64,000 nucleotides of DNA from Macrostomum lignano (Eukaryota). The stretch is from the NCBI GenBank assembly GCA_002269645.1, contig NIVC01001795.1, positions 104,559-168,558 of the forward strand, in the 5' to 3' direction. The notes under the pieces are model-generated. The model was given only the letters and a program-made list of their open reading frames with translations, was not told the origin of the DNA and searched no databases. The position numbers and the translations under genes are program-made. Positions within the stretch are counted from its first letter, which is position 1; each line of letters opens with the position of its first letter. Below are positions 13,376 through 27,451 of this stretch, one piece after another.

Positions 13376-16300
13376 GGGGACTGGAGATTCGTTTTGCAGG
13401 ACTCGAAGCTTCCACGACCCCTGGGTTCGATTTCTGGCTATCGAATGGCTACTTTCATTTCAGCCGGTGATTTGTCGTGCAATTTACAACCCACGAGGAC
13501 CAACCCCAGTGTAAATGCCTGACGATGAGAAAGTCAGGGCCGCTGTTACACCCTATGTGAGCACCCGTAAGACCTCAGGAACAAAAAATCCAATTTTTTA
13601 TTTCCTGAAATGTCTGGAATGCCCTGATTGACCCATAAGTTTGCTCAGTGTGGAGTCGATAGTCTTCAGTGCCGCTGCTTTCATTTAATTAACCTTGAAG
13701 AGCTGCCCGATTTAACTTGCCGCTCTCGACAGACAGAGCTCAAACAATAGTAAGTTTCTTGTTTCACTCTTCTGAGCAACTCCTTTCTCCACTTTCTCAA
13801 CCGCGAAGGCGTTGGAGCGCAGGTTGGTGCGGCAGCGCCTTGATTGCGCAACCACTCGACACAAGTTGGTCCAAACCTGAAGGCTCTCACAGCATTTCAT
13901 TTCTTTGTTAATATTTTTATTTTTCCGTCTTTTTCATTAAAACTTTGTTGCCGGAAAATCGGGATCGAGAAGACCTCTAAGAGTTGAATAAAGCTCGGCT
14001 AAGATTTCCGACAGCCGCAACTGAAGTGTGCTGAGAGTTGCGAAAAAAAGTGAAAAAGAAAGTGAAGTCTGCCGAAAATTTCTAGCTGTCAAAAACTCTC
14101 GGCACAAATTGTTTTTCTTTTGCGCTAAAAACAACGCAGGACGGACCGGACCGATTGACCAGGGCGGGAATTACGCGTACCCCGAGCACGGAGCTGCGTT
14201 GCGCAATCGGCACCACCTCGGGGGGACTGCCGGCCCCTCTGGGATTTCGCAAGACAGACAAGAATCCGATTTGCAATTGTCCTCCCCAATGAGAGAAAAA
14301 TTTGCAGCACAAGCAATAAGGGGGGAGAGAGCGGGAGCAGCTGACAGAAACGACCCGACCCTCTGGGCTCCGGTCTGTATCCAGAACAACTGCGCTCTGC
14401 CAATACACACCCGCCATTGCCCTTGGGCTCTTACGTAACACCTACTCTCCCCTGCCTTCCCCTCCGCGGCAGCAGCAGCCGGGCCACCCCTCTTTCTGGT
14501 CTCTTATCTGGGCCCAGTCCGCATTATTTTGGTAGCTGGCAACCTTTTTGTTCCCCTGACAAGCAGCCTCGCCCAGGACGCGACCTCCCTTCCTGGAAGG
14601 TCGAACTGGGGCTGAGGAGGGAGGGGTAGGCTCAGACAGATTCCTTTCAGGCCAAGGTAAAACACAGCGTGAGCACCGCCGCCAAGCCCTTTTAGAAAGC
14701 AAATGCAGTGCGGGATTGTAGCTGTCTGGCCTCAACATGTCAAGTCCTGCTCTACCGATTCTCCACGATGCACAGACAGGGAAGGATGGAGGGTTGAACC
14801 TCCCCCCCGTGACCCCACCGACTGCCAACTCGCGTACGCCACGCCACGTCAGGGAAACCCGGCCAAGCAGCGACAATGGACTGACATGATTGATTGCGTC
14901 AGATTGCTGGACCAAAAATGCCAACTTGACACGGAGGGCATCCTTGGCGGGGGGGGTGTTTAATGCACCCGAAGAAGTTCCTGTTGGCTCCTGTCTTCCC
15001 TTGAACTGGTGCACGGACTAAGGAGACCAAATTAAGAAGTAGCAAAGAAAAGTTTTATAAAGTATGACACTAATCTGCCCCCCCGTCTCTCTTCTGCTCC
15101 TAGAAGCAACAGTTTTCTTTTAGTGTTTTGGCAACAGCTGACAGCGCACTGCACCGCGCGCGCGGGGACTTCGGTGGGCGGAGCGTCTGCCGCTTGTCCG
15201 GGGGAGAAGCAGCGGCAGAGCAGCAGAAAGTCAGCAGGCGGCTCACAGGCTAAGAAAGTCAAACCAGGGTTATCGATTGTCAGACTGGCTGCATGAAATT
15301 TGCAGTAGTGCACCGGACCTCCAGACCGCAGGGCGGTAAGGGCCTCGGACTACTGCAGAACTGCCTCCACAGATCCTCGTGGACGTTGAACCTGGCTGGG
15401 AGCCGAGGTAGACAAACTGATGAAGTTCCTCCTCCTCCGGCTCCGTCAGTCTGTCGATTTGTCGACGTAGCCCGCTGAGCAACCACTCCGTCACAGCAGC
15501 AGCCCCCATCTTTCCTATTATTTCCTATCGAGAGCCCTCAGGTGCTGGTGCACTTTCAAAAATTGAAAGGCAACCTGCTGTCACACAATCTTCTTTGCTG
15601 TAAAGCTGCTGAAATTTCTTCCGCAGTGAATGGCTGTTGGGAGCCCACAGGTCCGCCCCTGGGTGGTCATGCTTGAAAGCACCTCGCCTGATCAAGTGAG
15701 AGAGAGAGAGGCTGACAGGGGAGACAGAGAGTGAGATGGGCCACCAACGTTTTAAGCCTCTGAGCTCACCTGAGCTGGCTGGAAACTGAATTTCTTAGAA
15801 AATTTCAACCCAGTTCCTCAGCCCCCCCCCCCATTGTTCAGGGTCCAGCCCGGCTGCTGCAGGATGCTGGAGTTCTCGCATGAGAAGTCAGCGCGAGGCG
15901 TCACCCTCCCCCGAGCCCTTACTCAGCTGCGACTCAACCGACTATTTTTTTTTCGCTTGCCAGGCGAAGACAACTGCGAATGCGTTTTGAGGACAACTGT
16001 TGAGGAAATGCTGGGCCTATTGTTGCAAAAGCAGAAAAAGCAGGAGAGGCTTTCAAGCTCGCGAGCTGCTTTTATCCGAAGCTAAAAGAAGACCCCCACA
16101 CGCTGCAGCCTCTTGCATAGCAACAAACTCTGAAGCAGCCTCAAGGCGGAGTCTCCAGTAACCCGAAGACCCATTGTGTGAAACCCCGCAACAGTAGAAA
16201 TCGCAGTCTCACCTTGCAGCTTGCACACGTCTGCTGCTTTTAGCAGAGCAGCATCCGCTACAGAAGAAAGACAGCAGATTTTGCTGAGCGGCTGTCGGCA

Positions 16301-16769
16301 CTCAGTGTACAGTCAGAGTCCCTTGTCAGCTGTAGCGGAGGTCACCGAATAACTCGACAGTAGGCAGGGGTGTTGGCGACCTCGAGCAGCCCCCAGACTG
16401 CAGTAATAAGCACACGAGAGTCAACTTGAAAGGCCGCTGACCGCTCGCGGACCAATGAGAGGGTGAGGAAGGGGGCGTAGCTGCAGGACTGGCCGGGCCA
16501 CTCAGAGTTTGAGCTCAATAAACCCCCGGCCACATCTGTAATTCGCGGGGCATAGCAGTGACTCACAGTGCTTTTTTGTTTCAGAAGTGGCGATTTCTTG
16601 AGTTTGTTTGACGCAAACTCGTTGTACTCCAGTTGGGCTGGGCTGGCCTTTCAAATAGCAGCAGGCAGGCATTAATTAGGTGCTGAGTAACCAGTTTATA
16701 ATGGCGCTTTTAGATGACAGATGCTCGGTTCTGAGCTGGATCCGATTAGATACAAATGCCTTGACCTAT

Positions 16770-17095
16770 CTACCTCTCCGTATCTACATCTCCATATCTA
16801 CCTCTCCATTATAGCTACCTCTCCGTATCTACCTCTCCATATCTACCTCTCCATATCTACCTCTCCATATCTACCTCTCATTAGCTACCTCTCATTAGCT
16901 ACCTCTCATTAGCTACCTCTCATTAGCTACCTCCCATAAGCTACCTCACATTAGCTACCTCTCCCTATCTACCTCTCATTATCTACCTCTCACTATGAAC
17001 ATATCCCTATCGTCTTCTCTTCTTCTCTACGTATCTACCTTCCTATTCTACATCTCCTATCTACTTCTTCTTATCTACCTCTTCCTTTATACCTT
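16770..17095. repeat. 14-bp minisatellite CTACCTCTCCATAT / CTACCTCTCATTAG
   Basis: Direct inspection; degenerates rightward. Confidence 0.88.
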
Positions 17096-17559
17096 TCTTC
17101 TCACCTATCCCCGCCATGCCCAGGGCACTGCATCTCATCTGGTATCTAGCGCAAGCTCAACTTCGCAGCATTAAACAGCAAAAAAACAAAAAACTGCATT
17201 AAAATTCGTCTTGAATAGCCAAGGTGGCTCTTGTCAGGACCGAGAAAAAACGGTGAGAACCGCCGCCTTTTGGGCTTTAAACTGCCGACTTTAATGAGTA
17301 GGTATGCTCAACTTGAGCATTCAAACCGCTAACTGTGTCTGGCAGTTTAGTCTTACGCGTTCTGTCATTTGAGCTGCCATTGTGCCGCCTCTGTCAACCT
17401 GAGATCGGACACTTATCAACGGGTCTTGAAAGCTTGTGTTTTTTGTAATAATAGACTGAACAATAGTCAGGCTGTTTAGCAGCAATAATACAAGATTTAG
17501 CTTGTGACATGTTGATAAAAGTTCACGGGCAGAAATAATTGATTAAAATTTAAGAAAAA

Positions 17560-18440
17560 AAGAGAAAGGAGGAGGAGAAGAAGGAGGAAGAGAAGGAGGA
17601 GGAAGAGAAGGAGGAGGAAGAGAAGGAGGAAGAGAAGGAGGAAGAGAAGGAGGAGGAAGAGAAGGAGGAAGAGAAGGAGGAAGAGAAGGAGGAGGAAGAG
17701 AAGGAGGAAGAGAAGGAGGAAGAGAAGGAGGAAGAGAAGGAGGAAGAGAAGGGGAGGAAGAGAAGGAGGAAGAGAAGGAGGAAGAGAAGGAGGAAGAGAA
17801 GGAGGAAGAGAAGGAGGAGGAAGAGAAGGAGGAAGAGAAGGAGGAGGAAGAGAAGGAGGAAGAGAAGGAGGAGGAAGAGAAGGAGGAGGAAGAGAAGGAG
17901 GAGGAAGAGAAGGAGAGAGAAGGAGGAGGAAGAGAAGGAGGAAGAGAAGGAGGAAGAGAAGGAGGAAGAGAAGGAGGAAGAGAAGGAGGAGGAAGAGAAG
18001 GAGGAGGAAGAGAAGGAGGAGGAAGAGAAGGAGGAAGAGAAGGAGGAAGAGAAGGAGGAAGAGAAGGAGGAGGAAGAGAAGGAGGAGGAAGAGAAGGAGG
18101 AGGAAGAGAAGGAGGAAGAGAAGGAGGAAGAGAAGGAGGAAGAGAAGGAGGAAGAGAAGGAGGAAGAGAAGGAGGAGGAAGAGAAGGAGGAGGGGAGAGA
18201 AGGAGGAGGAAGAGAAGGAGGAGGAAGAGAAGGAGGAGGAAGAGAAGGAGGAGGAAGAGAAGGAGGAGGAAGAGAAGGAGGAGGGGAGAGAAGGAGGAGG
18301 AAGAGAAGGAGGAGGAAGAGAAGGAGGGGGAGAGGAGAGAAGAATAGGAGGAGGGAGAAGAAGGGGAGAGGAGAGAAGAGAGGGAGGGGAAGAAGGAGGG
18401 GGGAGGGGAGAGAAGAGGGGGAGGGTAGAGGCAGAGAGAT
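17560..18440. repeat. 12/15-bp purine array GAGGAAGAGAAG(GAG)
   Basis: Direct inspection. Confidence 0.97.
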
Positions 18441-19187
18441 GGCAGAGGTGAGTGGGGGAGAGCTACAGAGTGATTGCCAGCAGATCATTCATCCAGTCTG
18501 CTTTCGCATCAGAAACGGCCTGAGCAGGCAGTTTCCAGCGAATCGCAGGGAGCCGCCGCTGATGTCAGGTGGGGCACAGCAGATCTGGGACGCGGCTGCA
18601 GTCAGACTCACAGAGTCAGTCACGAGTCCCACAGGACAGTGTGTAGGGGGGATTTCGATCCCAGACTTCCAGCCTCCACTCCAGCTCGCCTCAAACACCG
18701 TTGATTCGAGTGGGAAGTGGACGGGCAAGGATTTCCCCGCTGCAGGGGGGGGGCGATGGAGCCGCGGTCGCATAGCCGACTTATTCTGCATTTTCTCGCA
18801 CCGGTAGCGGGGCGGGGGGAGCAGCCAGCAGAAATATGATTGCGTAATCACTGGGTTCAGTAAAGACTCGAAAGTTTCCAAAGCAACGTTTGCTTACATC
18901 GGATATTCGGGTTAACAGTTTTCGCCAATGCCTGCGAGTTTAAATCCTCATCTGAGGCTTTCAATTCCCATGTTGATATTCGATTTGTAAGGGGGGAGGG
19001 TTCGGTGCTGCAGCATGCATTGAGCTCAGGACTCAGAGCTCAAACCTGATCGAATCCTCGAATGGGAGGCCGGGGGTTTTATTTCGAGTGGAGAAAATTT
19101 CTGTAAGGATTAGCGCTTGACATTGTGACAGGCCCTAGGGGGTCAGTTCACTGATAGGGGTCACTTTGTTGATGGGTCATGCTGTGG

Positions 19188-19690
19188 TCACATGCTCATT
19201 TTGGTCATATGGTCATTTTGGTCATATGGTCATTTTGGTCATATGGTCATTTTGGTCATATGGTCATTTTGGTCATATGGTCATTTTGGTCATATGGTCA
19301 TTTTGGTCATATGGTCATTTTGGTCATTCAGTCATTTTGGTCATATGGTCATTTTGGTCATATGGTCATTTTGGTCATTCAGTCATTTTGGTCATATGGT
19401 CATTTTGGTCATATGGTCATTTTGGTCATTCAGTCATTTTGGTCATATGGTCATTTTGGTCATATGGTCATTTTGGTCATTCAGTCATTTTGGTCATATG
19501 GTCATTTTGGTCATATGGTCATTTTGGTCATTCAGTCATTTTGGTCATTCAGTCATTTTGGTCATATGGTCATTTTGGTCATATGGTCATTTTGGTCATA
19601 TGGTCATTTTGGTCATATGGTCATTTTGGTCATCTGGTCATTTTGGTCATTCAGTCATTTTGGTCATATGGTCATTTTGGTCATACAGTC
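19188..19690. repeat. 17-bp minisatellite GGTCATTTTGGTCATAT
   Basis: Period 17 with TCA-GTCAT variants. Confidence 0.96.
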
Positions 19691-20269
19691 GTTTGTTTAT
19701 ATGGTCATGCTGGTCATGATCATCTTGTTCATAGGGTCATCATAGTCATATAATAATATTGGTTAAATAATCGGCTTAGTCATAGGGTCATAGAGGCCAC
19801 AGGTCTCCAACCTACTGAAGAAGTGAGTTCAGCTATTCAGTACGCAACCCATAGCGAGTGCTGACAATCAGAGCATGAGCTGCTACTCAGCAGCCAGCAT
19901 TAACAAACAAAAGCCATGCCAGAGGGGTTTCTGAACTCGCTAATGGGCCGAAATCCGACGCCAAACTCGGCCGGGATTTTATTGAAAGGTTTCGTTTGAA
20001 GGCCACCCGCCACCTGAAACCTTAAGAGAGAGCACCAGCTGCTGCAGCCTGGCACAGAGAATCTCAACTGAAAGGTTAGTCAATTGACAGCTGAGATGTC
20101 GAAAGTTCGGACGTAAAATTGGATGACAGAAAATTAGAAAGTTCGAGGTAGATACAGAATTAATTAGATAAGAATACAAAAGTAGACAAAATGGTAGACA
20201 CGTGTAGATAAATTGTAGGCATAAAGGTAGATGCATAGGTAGATATTGGTAAATTGTAGATGTAAATAC

Positions 20270-20965
20270 CGAAGTAGAAACAGAGGTAGATACACAGGTA
20301 GACACAGAGTAAGACAGAGGTAAACCCAGAAGTTGACACAGAGGTAGACACAGAGGTAGACTCAGAAGTAGACACAGGAGACACAGAGGTAGACACAGGA
20401 GACACAGAGGTAGACACAGGAGACACAGAGGTAGACACAGGAGACACAGAGGTAGACACAGGAGACACAGAGGTAGACACAGGAGACACAGAGGTAGACA
20501 CAGGAGACACAGAGGTAGACACAGGAGACACAGAGGTAGACACAGGAGACACAGAGGTAGACACAGGAGACACAGAGGTAGACACAGGAGACACAGAGGT
20601 AGACACAGGAGACACAGAGGTAGACACAGGAGACACAGAGGTAGACACAGGAGACACAGAGGTAGACACAGGAGACACAGAGGTAGACACTGGGTAGACA
20701 CAGGAGACACAGAGGTAGACACAGAGGTAGACACAGAGGTAGACACAGGGGTAGACACAGGGGTAGACACTGGGGTAGACACTGGGGTAGACACAGAGGT
20801 AGACACAGGGGTAGACATAGGAGACACAGAGGTAGACACAGGGGTAGACACAGGGGTAGACATAAGAGACACAGGGGTAGACACTGGGGTAGACACAGGG
20901 GTAGACACAGGGGTAGACACAGGGGTAGACATAGGAGACACAGAGGTAGACTCAGAGGTAGACTC
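20270..20965. repeat. 21-bp (GTAGACACAGGAGACACAGAG) and 12-bp compound minisatellite
   Basis: Homogeneous 21-bp core at about 20366-20715. Confidence 0.95.
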
Positions 20966-21592
20966 AGAGACTGAGCTAAAAATCCAGCCTCAAGATTTCA
21001 ATCCTCCGCTCCTGATAAATCCAAATGAAGTCGACAACAACAGCAAAAGCTTGGTAAACTGAGATTTCTAAATCAAGCCAAGAATGCGATCGGCAGAGAT
21101 GAAGGACAGGAGAGGCTGGGAGGGCAGCCGCAGATGTCGGAAGAGCCACTCAGACAGGCTGAGCACACCACAGCTCAGCTGGACAGGAGAAGAGAATGAA
21201 AGGTCGCCGACTAAAAGAAGCAGGAAGGAAGAGGCCAGGGATTGAGGAGCCGATGGGGTCGCTGGCCTTAATTACTAAGGGGTGGTTACGCAATCGAGAT
21301 CAGAACTCCAGTTCGTAGTGCGCTGACCCCGCCTAAACATACAGATACGTTAAGCGTGCAGCGGGTTGAAGGATAAAATACTCACTTTAAAATTGGAGTT
21401 TGTATCGAAAATGGGGCTGTTGAGGGTTGAAGGGTCTCCGCGGGCCCATTAAACTCACCTGCACCGGCTGAGTTGGAATGGCAAATAAAATTCGTCTGAA
21501 GTATCAGTTTGAGTAAGATAATGAATGATGGGGCTCTTGGAAACTGGATAATTGCTGAGAAAGTGAAGTCGGATGGAGGGCACGAGTCAGAT

Positions 21593-22165
21593 AGAGAGAG
21601 GAGTAAGCGGTGAGAGAGTAAGCGGTGAGAGAGTAAGCGGTGAGAGAGTAAGCGGTGAGAGAGTAAGCGGTGAGAGAGTAAGCGGTGAGAGAGTAAGCGG
21701 TGAGAGAGTAAGCGGTGAGAGAGTAAGCGGTGAGAGAGTAAGCGTTGAGATGGTAAGCGGTGAGAAAGTAAGCAATGAGAGAGTAAGCGGTGAGAGAGTA
21801 AGCGGTGAGAGAGTAAGCGGTGAGAGAGTAAGCGGTGAGAGAGTAAGCGGTGAGAGAGTAAGCGGTGAGAGAGTAAGCGGTGAGAGAGTAAGCGGTGAGA
21901 GAGTAAGCGGTGAGAGAGTAAGCGGTGAGAGAGTAAGCGGTGAGAGAGTAAGCGGTGAGAGAGTAAGCGGTGAGAGAGTAAGCGGTGAGAGAGTAAGCGG
22001 TGAGAGAGTAAGCGGTGAGAGAGTAAGCGTTGAGAGAGTAAGCGTTGAGATGGTAAGCGGTGAGAAAGTAAGCAATGAGAGAGTAAGCGGTGAGAGAGTA
22101 AGCGGTGAGAGAGTAAATGGTGAGAGAGTAAGCGGTGAGAGAGTAAGCGGTGAGAGAATAAGCGA
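21593..22165. repeat. 15-bp minisatellite GAGAGAGTAAGCGGT
   Basis: About 38 units; variant block recurs 300 bp apart. Confidence 0.97.
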
Positions 22166-22742
22166 TCTCTGACAATTGATTCTGACGCCATCTCTGATAA
22201 TATTGAGTCTGGCGCCATCTCTGATAATATTGAGTCTGACGCCATCTCTGATAATATTGAGTCTGGCGCCATCTCTGATAATATTGAGTCTGGCGCCATC
22301 TCTGATAATATTGAGTCTGGCGCCATCTCTGACAATTGAGTCTGACGCCATCTCTGATAATATTGAGTCTGGCGCCATCTCTGATAATATTGAGTCTGGC
22401 GCCATCTCTGATAATATTGAGTCTGGCGCCATCTCTGACAATTGAGTCTGACGCCATCTCTGATAATATTGAGTCTGGCGCCATCTCTGATAATATTGAG
22501 TCTGGCGCTATCTCTGATAGTTGAGTGTGGCGCCATCTCTGATAATATTGAGTCTGGCGCCATCTCTGATAGTTGAGTGTGGCGCCATCTCTGATAATCT
22601 CTGATCTGGCGCCATCTCTCCAAATTGAGTCTGGCGCCATCTCTGATAATTGAGTCTGGCGTCATCTCTCCAAATTGAGTCTGGCGCCATCTCTGCTAAT
22701 TGAGTCTGGCGCCATCTCTGATAATCTCTGATCTGGCGCCAT
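22166..22742. repeat. 27-bp minisatellite CTGATAATATTGAGTCTGGCGCCATCT
   Basis: Abuts the 15-bp array directly. Confidence 0.95.
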
Positions 22743-23657
22743 CCCATGGTTTGCACCATGGGATGAAAATTAGCGCACCAGCCGAGGCCCCAGAGCTCCA
22801 CCATACACCGGAGCAATTGGACTCAAGTGAAAGTGAGTGAATTAGCCAAATTGGCACACATTTCACCTCACTCACTCTGGCCCAGCTCGTCAATTGTTTT
22901 CGAGACCGTCAGTCAGGAAACTTCACTCTCATCGGCTCCCAGAGATGGAACCGCGGCGATCGCTTGCTGCGGCCGATTTCCAGTCAGGACAGACAGACTG
23001 CGGGACCGTCCATTTTTCCTGCCATTGTATTCCGCTAAGTTCTGTCTCCCAGCCTCCCCAGCTCAGATGAGGCTGCTGCTAAGGGGGGGGGGCTTAGTTT
23101 CAATGAGATTCCGGGAAGGGAGAGAGCATTGGCGAGGACACGGAGGGCCGGCCGGCCAACGAGATAATTAATCCGATCAGGAAGTCCCAGCCGGAGAGGC
23201 CTCAGCTGTCAGCTGACCGATGGTGCGCTTGCGTGATGGCACCGCCGCTGCTGCCACCGCCCACTCAACTTAACTGGCAGCTCTCGGAGGGCCGGAGGAT
23301 TGTCTCTGCAGGAGTAGCCCCGGTTTCCAATCCAAATTCTATATAGATAACCGTACTTAGTAGTCCACGATGATACTATCTATAGGCATTATATTTTAGC
23401 TTCCGTGAGCTGAGAGCTGTGTTGGGACATTTTCATAGAGCTGCATCAGATTTATTAAAATTGCTGTCAAACATTTGCCATGCTGCTGGCAGACGGGCGG
23501 TGACCTGATCTGCGGACCCGGGAGTTATCATCTGCGCCGGGTGCAGGGCTGTCAGTCAGCAAATATTTGAGCTGAGTAACTGCAAACTGCCTGACCTGCA
23601 CTTCCCTGCCTCATTGTCAGCCAACAAGTGACTGCAGTGAATGTCATTTTGAAATGC

Positions 23658-24100
23658 TAACTCACTCATGAATTTACTCAGGAACTCACTCATGAACTCA
23701 CTTATGAACTCACTCATGAACTCACTCATGAACTTACTCATGAGCTCACTCATGAACTCACTCATGAACTCACTTATGAACTCACTCATGAACTCACGCA
23801 TGAACTCACTCATGAACTCACTCATGAACTCACTCATGAACTCACTTATGAACTCACTCATGAACTCACGCATGAACTCACTCATGAACTCACTCATGAA
23901 CTCACTCATGAACTCACTCATGAACTCACGCATGAACTCACTCATGAACTCACTCATGAACTCACTCATGAACTCACTCATGAACTCACTCATGAACTCA
24001 CTCATGAACTCACTCATGAACTCACTCATGAACTCACTCATGATCTCACTCATGAACTCCCTCACGAAGTCACTCACTAACTCACTCATATAGTCATGAG
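23658..24100. repeat. 12-bp minisatellite ACTCACTCATGA
   Basis: About 35 units. Confidence 0.97.
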
Positions 24101-24924
24101 CTCATAAACTCACCCAATGAACTCAAAGCTAATAAGAAGCCCACAAAATGTCACTGAGCATCTCAAGCCAGGCTGCACCACCAGCTGCTCCCCACAAAGT
24201 TGACTTGCTGACTTCCTGGCTCGCCAATTTCAGCAGAGCTCATCTTTCAGCGCACAGGGCAGGCAGGCAGGCAGACAATTAGACTGGCTGACTGACTGAC
24301 TGGCTGGCTGAGTGCAGAAGCACGCAAAACAGGCCCCAATGAGCCCGAAGTCCTGAGCCTCGAACCCAGCTCGCAGTCGCCCAGTCGGCAACAAGATCTG
24401 CAAATTGAATTACGGAATCCGATGACACCCTGTTGATTGCCTGACAGCGAGATCCTGGCGCCAGTCTCCCCTCTCCATCCTCTGCGGCTCAGCAGCGGAG
24501 ACCCGCCCGGGTGCAAATTTTGCCGCCAGGCTGACGGCAGACAATGGGAGATCGTGGCGAGGTGTCCGCAAGATTTATGACTTCCTGCCTAGGAAAACTC
24601 ATTCACCTAGGGCGGAGGCTCTGAAATTTCAGGCCGGGTTATTTTTAATTCATCTGGCACTTGCCGTCATCTGCCGCTTCCAGACTCCGCAGAGCTGACC
24701 ATGGGTGCTTCATCATTTTCTCGACGATCAGAAAGAAAGCTGTCAGGCCCAGGCGGTGCCAGATGCACTTTTCAAGCGACATGGTCAGGCCTCGAGCCGG
24801 CGGTCTGATGCCTGCTCAATAAGCCCCGCTGGTGAAAACCGCCTCCTTCGTGATTGATTCTCTGAAGGTGAACGTGCAGCCTAGTAAGGCTTGAGAAAGT
24901 TCAGGCTGATAGCGCTCTGCTGCG

Positions 24925-25310
24925 CTCCTCTGGCTTGTCTCTCTCCCCTTCTATCTCCCTCCCCTCTCTTGTCTCCCCTCTCTTGTTTCCATCTCTCTTG
25001 TACCCTATCTCTCCCTCTCCCTCCCATCTCCCTCTCTCTATCCTACGCTCGTATCTCCCCCTCTCATATCTCCCTCTCCCTCTCCCTCCTATCTCCCTCT
25101 CCCTCTCCTACGTTCTTATCTCTCCTCTCTTATCTCCCTCTCCCTCACCCTCTCCTTTCCCCCTCGCCCTCTCCTGCGCTCGTATCTTCCCTCTCTTTCT
25201 CTTTTATTACCCACTCCCTCTCTTGTCTCTCCTACCCTCTCCTATCTCCTTTTCCCTCTCTCATCTCCCTCTCACAGCCCTCTCTCATCTTTCTCTCTCC
25301 CGCCAGTCTC
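24925..25310. repeat. CT-rich low-complexity tract
   Basis: Direct inspection. Confidence 0.8.
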
Positions 25311-25675
25311 CAGTCTCATCATCCCCACAAGCAGCTGCATCATCAAAAGTGCATCAAAAGCAGAAATAAGTTCACTGGCACAAACAACAGAGAACCGGCA
25401 TTGGGGGGCCAACGGGTCCAGAAAAAATCGGATAAACAGCGAGGCAAAGATGAATACGAGAAGCCGGTCGGGGATTCACGCGAATCGCCGCAATTGGGGC
25501 AGCGGGAAAGCCGACACGAGGCAGCCGGGCAAGTTTGTTTGCTTTATTGACAGCCTCGCGGGCCCTGGAAGACAGGCGCACTGCGAGCCTGCAGAAACAG
25601 CCTGGGGCGGAGGGCACTTTATTGGGGTATGCTTTTCTTGACACTTTTATTAGGCTTCCCCTGACACTTCCCCTG

Positions 25676-26990
25676 ACCATCTGACAGCCAGATTAGGATC
25701 CCTCTCTGACACATTAGACACCATCTGACAGCCAGATTAGGATCCCTCTCTGACACATTAGACACCATCTGACAGCCAGATTAGGATCCCTCTCTGACAC
25801 ATTAGACACCATCTGACAGCCATATTAGGATCCCTCTCTGGCACATTAGACACCATCTGACAGCCGTATTAGGATCCATCTCTGACACATTAGACACCAT
25901 CTGACAGCCATATTAGGATCCCTCTCTGACACATTAGACACCATCTGACAGCCAGATTAGGATCCCTCTCTGACACATTAGACACCATCTGACAGCCAGA
26001 TTAGGATCCCTCTCTGACACATTAGACACCATCTGACAGCCAGATTAGGATCCCTCTCTGACACATTAGACACCATCTGACAGCCGTATTAGGATCCCTC
26101 TCTGACACATTAGACACCATCTGACAGCCATATTAGGATCCCTCTCTGACACATTAGACACCATCTGACAGCCGTATTAGGATCCCTCTCTGACACATTA
26201 GACACCATCTGACAGCCAGATTAGGATCCCTCTCTGACACATTAGACACCATCTGACAGCCGTATTAGGATCCATCTCTGACACATTAGACACCATCTGA
26301 CAGCCAGATTAGGATCCCTCTCTGACACATTAGACACCATCTGACAGCCATATTAGGATCCCTCTCTGACACATTAGACACCATCTGACAGCCGTATTAG
26401 GATCCCTCTCTGACACATTAGGCACCATCTGACACACCTTGGGCACCATCTGACACACATTAGACACCATCTGACAGCCATATTAGGATCCTTCTCTGAC
26501 AAATTAGACACCATCTGACAGCCGTATTAGGATCTCTCTCTGACACATTACAAACCATCTGACAGCCATATTAGGATCCCTCTCTGACACATTAGACACC
26601 ATCTGACAGCCGTATTAGGATCCATCTCTGACACATTAGACACCATCTGACAGCCAGATTAGGATCCCTCTCTGACACATTAGACACCATCTGACAGCCA
26701 TATTAGGATCCCTCTCTGACACATTAGACACCATCTGACAGCCAGATTAGGATCCCTCTCTGACAAATTAGACACCATCTGACACACATTGGGCACCATC
26801 TGACACACATTAGACACCATCTGACAGCCGTATTAGGATCCTTCTCTGACACATTAGACACCATCTGACAGCCATATTAGGATCCCTCTCTGACACATTA
26901 GACGCCATTCGACAGCCATATTAGGCGTCGTCTGACACATTAGGCACCATCTGACACACATTGAGCACAATCTGGCACCATCTGGCACAG
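25676..26990. repeat. 44-bp minisatellite CATCTGACAGCCAGATTAGGATCCCTCTCTGACACATTAGACAC
   Basis: Period 44; about 29 units; no unique spacers. Confidence 0.97.
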
Positions 26991-27451
26991 TTTGACTCGC
27001 AGTTAAGCGCCACAGGCATCAAAGCTCAACATTTATTTCCGCGCCAGATCAGTCAGAGCGCCAACAGAGCTGTCAATTTCCACAGCTCATCGCATGGCTC
27101 TCTGCAAAGTTCACAAAAACACTGAACCCCTTCAAGCTTCCATATCGCCCAAGTGCTCGGGGGAGCTTCAAAATGGCCGATACAGTTCGCAAAGTCAATA
27201 GCAGTGCAGTGGGGGGGGGGCTGCCCTCTGGATATTCGTTGATTGACAAACTAAACGAGACCCTGGAGGGAGGGACAGAGACGCGAAGTGAGAGCGGGGG
27301 TGCGAACTGCAAGTAGCCCAGTGTTAATAATAGTGCGATAGGGCACAGCCACCAAGTGCACTGCAGCCCGCCTTCACTCCCCGCTCATTACGAGCTTTGG
27401 CCAGCTCTGGGTGAACTTTTCAAATGCGAACTCGAGCCATGGTCGATACCT

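Noticed and set aside
13515-13545. Hammerhead-like CTGACGA-TGA-GAAA-GTC
   Set aside because: No stem I or stem III pairing could be built
25676-26990. CRISPR-like regular 44-bp array
   Set aside because: No unique spacers, no cas genes, eukaryotic context
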